Part shown: in pieces, positions 61,120 to 64,000 of the stretch
Position numbering within the stretch: position 1 is the stretch's first letter
How the letters are laid out: each line of letters starts with the position of its first letter
DNA from: Takakia lepidozioides
Lineage: Eukaryota > Plantae > Bryophyta
Assembly: GCA_030704615.1 (NCBI GenBank)
Contig: CM060734.1
Location: 52,514,001 to 52,578,000 of the forward strand
Length of the DNA: 64,000 nt
Direction: 5' to 3'
Position numbers and translations under genes: made by a program
Notes under the pieces: model-generated
What the model was told of the DNA's origin: nothing
What the model saw: only the letters and a program-made list of their open reading frames with translations
The model's database searches: none

Positions 61120-61938
61120 CTCTCTATCTTTCTCTCTCTCTTTCTCTCCCGCTAGCGCCGCCTCCACCACACCATGACGTCCTCCAAACGCCAAAGGACG
61201 GCTGGCAAGGAGGCAGACTCCCCGTCTCCCTCACCCCGACCTGATTCCCCTCTGCTTCTTTTTCCTGCCCCGGTCTCTCAACAGGCCTCTCCTTTGCGTC
61301 AGTACTCCACAACGAGTGTTGATGTTCAAACGCTACCAAATCACCATCTTACAAACGAAATGCATTTCGGAGGAGACTCTGCAGCAAGTGCTCCTACCCG
61401 AGACAATGACTCAAAGGAGCGGTTGGCTTCCCTAGACAAAGACTGGGAGATGCGGATGGCTTCCCTAAACAAAGACTGGGAGAAGCGCATGGCTTCCTTG
61501 GACAAAGATTGGCAGAAGCGCATGACTTCCTTAAATAAAGATTGGCAGAAGCGCATGACAGACAGAGACACAGACTTGGAGAAGTCGCTGGACAATATGC
61601 GAGTTCAGGACAACGTTTTGCGGGCCTCTCTTCAGGAGTGCAATAGCAAACTTCAAGGTCTGTCGAAACATCTCAATGACAAATCCACACATACGTGTCT
61701 TTCAAAACTTGAAGACGAAGTGAAGACCTTCGCAGAGAAGAGCCTCCCAGATCCCCTCAGGGCAAGCATCCACCTACAAGTGGAATCCCTTAGCAAAGAG
61801 CTGGAAATACACAGAACTGCGACGTCTACAATGGCTCGGGAGCTCCAAGCTCACAATGCAGAGGCCTCCTCCTGGGCTAATATAGTTAAGGGGAGTACAT
61901 CCAATAACAGTCCTCATTCTCTAGAGGAGACAATCTCG
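61120..61938 (+). mobile_element. Probable LINE 5' end (ORF1-like coiled-coil protein from 61174), truncated by a CACTA insertion
   Basis: Pyrimidine-rich leader, S/P-rich N-terminus, long coiled coil with 11-aa repeats, and a SWANIVK motif typical of non-LTR ORF1. The ORF runs into a CACTA end. Confidence 0.55.
61420..61584 (+). repeat. 33-bp coding tandem repeat (11-aa unit x4-5)
   Basis: RLASLDKDWEM RMASLNKDWEK RMASLDKDWQK RMTSLNKDWQK RMTDRDTDLEK. Confidence 0.92.
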
Positions 61939-62120
61939 CACTACAACACACCCTATGTAATTTCGACGATTTAGTTTGACGCGCGTTGACTGTTGTCACT
62001 TTCGACTGTTCCAACCATTTTGCAATTAAAATATTTGAGGTGCTAGACAACCGCAAAAATGTTGACTGTAGTGAGAGATTTTGACTACATAAAATGAGCT
62101 GACCGAGACAACCAGTTAAG
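61939..62120 (+). mobile_element. CACTA (En/Spm)-like left terminus; element probably extends rightwards
   Basis: Starts CACTACAACA, followed by repeated TT(C)GAC(G/T) subterminal motifs and an abrupt shift to AT-rich DNA. No right TIR was seen. Confidence 0.55.
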
Positions 62121-62264
62121 CAATGGCATGTGTAATCACAATATATAAACTATATATAGCAATATATACGTGGATCATAAGAAGTAAAAACATTTAACTA
62201 TTTTTTCACTGACCCAGCACATTAATAGTAAACTAATCGTGTGTTGGTTAAGGTTAGTGAAACA

Positions 62265-62482
62265 AAGCAACTGAATTATCTGAACGAATAATAAACAAAC
62301 GTCTTGCTAGCAGCTATTGGATGAACGTATGAAAGGTTAGTGAAACAGAACAACTGAATTATAAACAAACGCCTTGCTGGCAGCTGTTGGATGAACGTAT
62401 GAAATATAATTTGTGTGCACTGGATGAACGTATGAATGAACGATAAAGCAAACGCCTTGCTGGCAACTATTGGATGAACGGA
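62265..62482. repeat. Degenerate tandem repeats
   Basis: ATAAACAAACGCCTTGCTGGCAGCTATTGGATGAACGTATGAA x3 and AAGGTTAGTGAAACA..CAACTGAATTAT x2. Confidence 0.8.
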
Positions 62483-62671
62483 AAATTAAATGGATGGATG
62501 GATAGATTGATGGAAAACCCAAAATCCATCCATCTACGATACATTCATCCAAATAATTCAAAATGGATTTAGGGTTGCGGGATTGCGTTCAGCGATGAGT
62601 AAGTTATGGAACTTGATCGTTTTGCTATGTTTGTGTGGGAGGATCTGCAGGATATGCAATAGCTTGGGTGG

Positions 62672-63484
62672 ACAACCGCAATCACAAGGTGTGGCTTTTC
62701 TTAATGTACGATGTGAAGATGTTTGTCCATCCTGCAAATGTGGGCTCTTAGTACCATGATTTGGTATTCTTCCTGATGTTTACAACGTTCTTGGGAGAGT
62801 CGGCTTGGTCTTAGCAGGCCGTGTTTCAATCTCCGCCCGCTTAGCTGCATCGTGGTGGTTCTCGCAGACTAATCCTCTCACAGACCAATCCGACATTACC
62901 TGACTACAGACACAAGCAGCACACACAAGAGGTGGTCAGTCAAATCCTCGATGTGTCATGACACAAGGTCGAGGACAATGTGGTGAGGGCACCTTCTTCG
63001 ACGTCTTTCAGCTTGTTTTGCCCGCTCATCAGACTCGGCCCTGAATTTGCAGCACGGAGCAGAGCAGACATGAGTTTTGTAAAGATCTTTCACGATGGTG
63101 CGACAACCACAATCGCAAGGTGTGGCTTTTTCTTAATGTACGATGTGAAGAAGTTTGTCCATCATGTAAATGTGGGCTGTTGGCTCCTGTTAGTACCATG
63201 ATTTGGTATTCTTCCTGATGTTTACAAGGTTCTTGGGAGAGAGCTTGGTCTTAGCAGGCCGTGTTTCAATCTCTGCTCAGCTGCACCGTGGTTGTTTCTC
63301 ACAAACCAATCCGACAGTTCCTGACGATGGACACAAGCAGCACACACAAAAGGATCTTTGGGTTGATGGTCTGTCAAATCCTCTATGGGTCATGACACAA
63401 GGTCAAGGTCAACAATGTGGTGAGGGCACCTTCTTCTTCAACTTATTTCTGCCTATTTTACCTTCTCATCAGACTCGGCCCTGA
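62672..63484. repeat. About 380-bp direct duplication (62672-63043 and 63102-63484)
   Basis: Both copies begin ACAACC(G/A)CAATC(A/G)CAAGGTGTGGCTTTT and end CATCAGACTCGGCCCTGA. Confidence 0.88.
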
Positions 63485-64000
63485 GATGCATATTGAATTC
63501 TATAAGTTAGCTCGTTGGGTGGATCTGTGGTGGTTAGGAGTGACTTTGACAAGTTACTGCCGATGTGGCAGCAGGAAAGTATCCAAAAACAGATAACATA
63601 GATTAGGAGAAGCTCGTTTGTGGATCTATGGTGGTTTTGGAGTGATTTTGACATGTTACTGTAGGTAGGGTTAGGGCGTCAGTGTCAGCTACTTCAGCTG
63701 CTAGCTGCAGCAAGGCAAGGATGTGTGCATGATTTGTGCAGAGGTCTGGATAGCTGAAGGAGCAGGGATAGACTGTGGGTCCAGATTCATCCAAGAGGGC
63801 CGAATTTCAAGCTCCAGATTACTTATGATTCCCTGTGGAAGGATAGCTACACGAAACCTGCATGGGTAGATGGTGAACTGGAAGCCACAGCACCAGCGGC
63901 TCAATTGATAAAATCAGGCGCTAATGAAGGTACCTTCTTGAACAGATTTCTCACTGTTTTTCCCTCTTATCAGAATTGGATCTAAATTTTCATGTTGAAT

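Overview
Eukaryotic, intron-containing land-plant nuclear DNA, most likely from a bryophyte or lycophyte. That assignment is inferred from an ARF-type PB1 gene with no DNA-binding domain (ncARF) and from RTE-X-like LINE tails. The first 15.6 kb holds three ordinary genes: the 3' half of URB1/NPA1 (8 exons), an intronless 789-aa protein of the gar2-related/dilute-like plant family, and the ncARF. A full-length degenerate Ty1/copia element follows at 17.1-22.3 kb. From 24.8 to 60.2 kb lies the main feature: an array of small, secreted, 4-Cys S-protein homologue (SPH, Self-incomp_S1/PrsS-like) genes, with 8 intact ORFs and 3 pseudogenes or remnants in at least four subtypes. The array was built by direct and inverted segmental duplication and is interrupted by an 11.7-kb nest of copia and gypsy fragments. 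Close paralogue pairs differ almost only at amino-acid-changing codons (13 vs 0 and 20 vs 2 by manual count), which suggests a rapidly diversifying secreted ligand or effector family. No linked receptor is recognisable. Other oddities: copia LTRs with non-TG..CA ends and half-tRNA PBS, a possible piggyBac relic, a hairpin-type excision footprint in an SPH pseudogene, and intronic hairpins in the ncARF. All family assignments come from motif recall, not from database searches.
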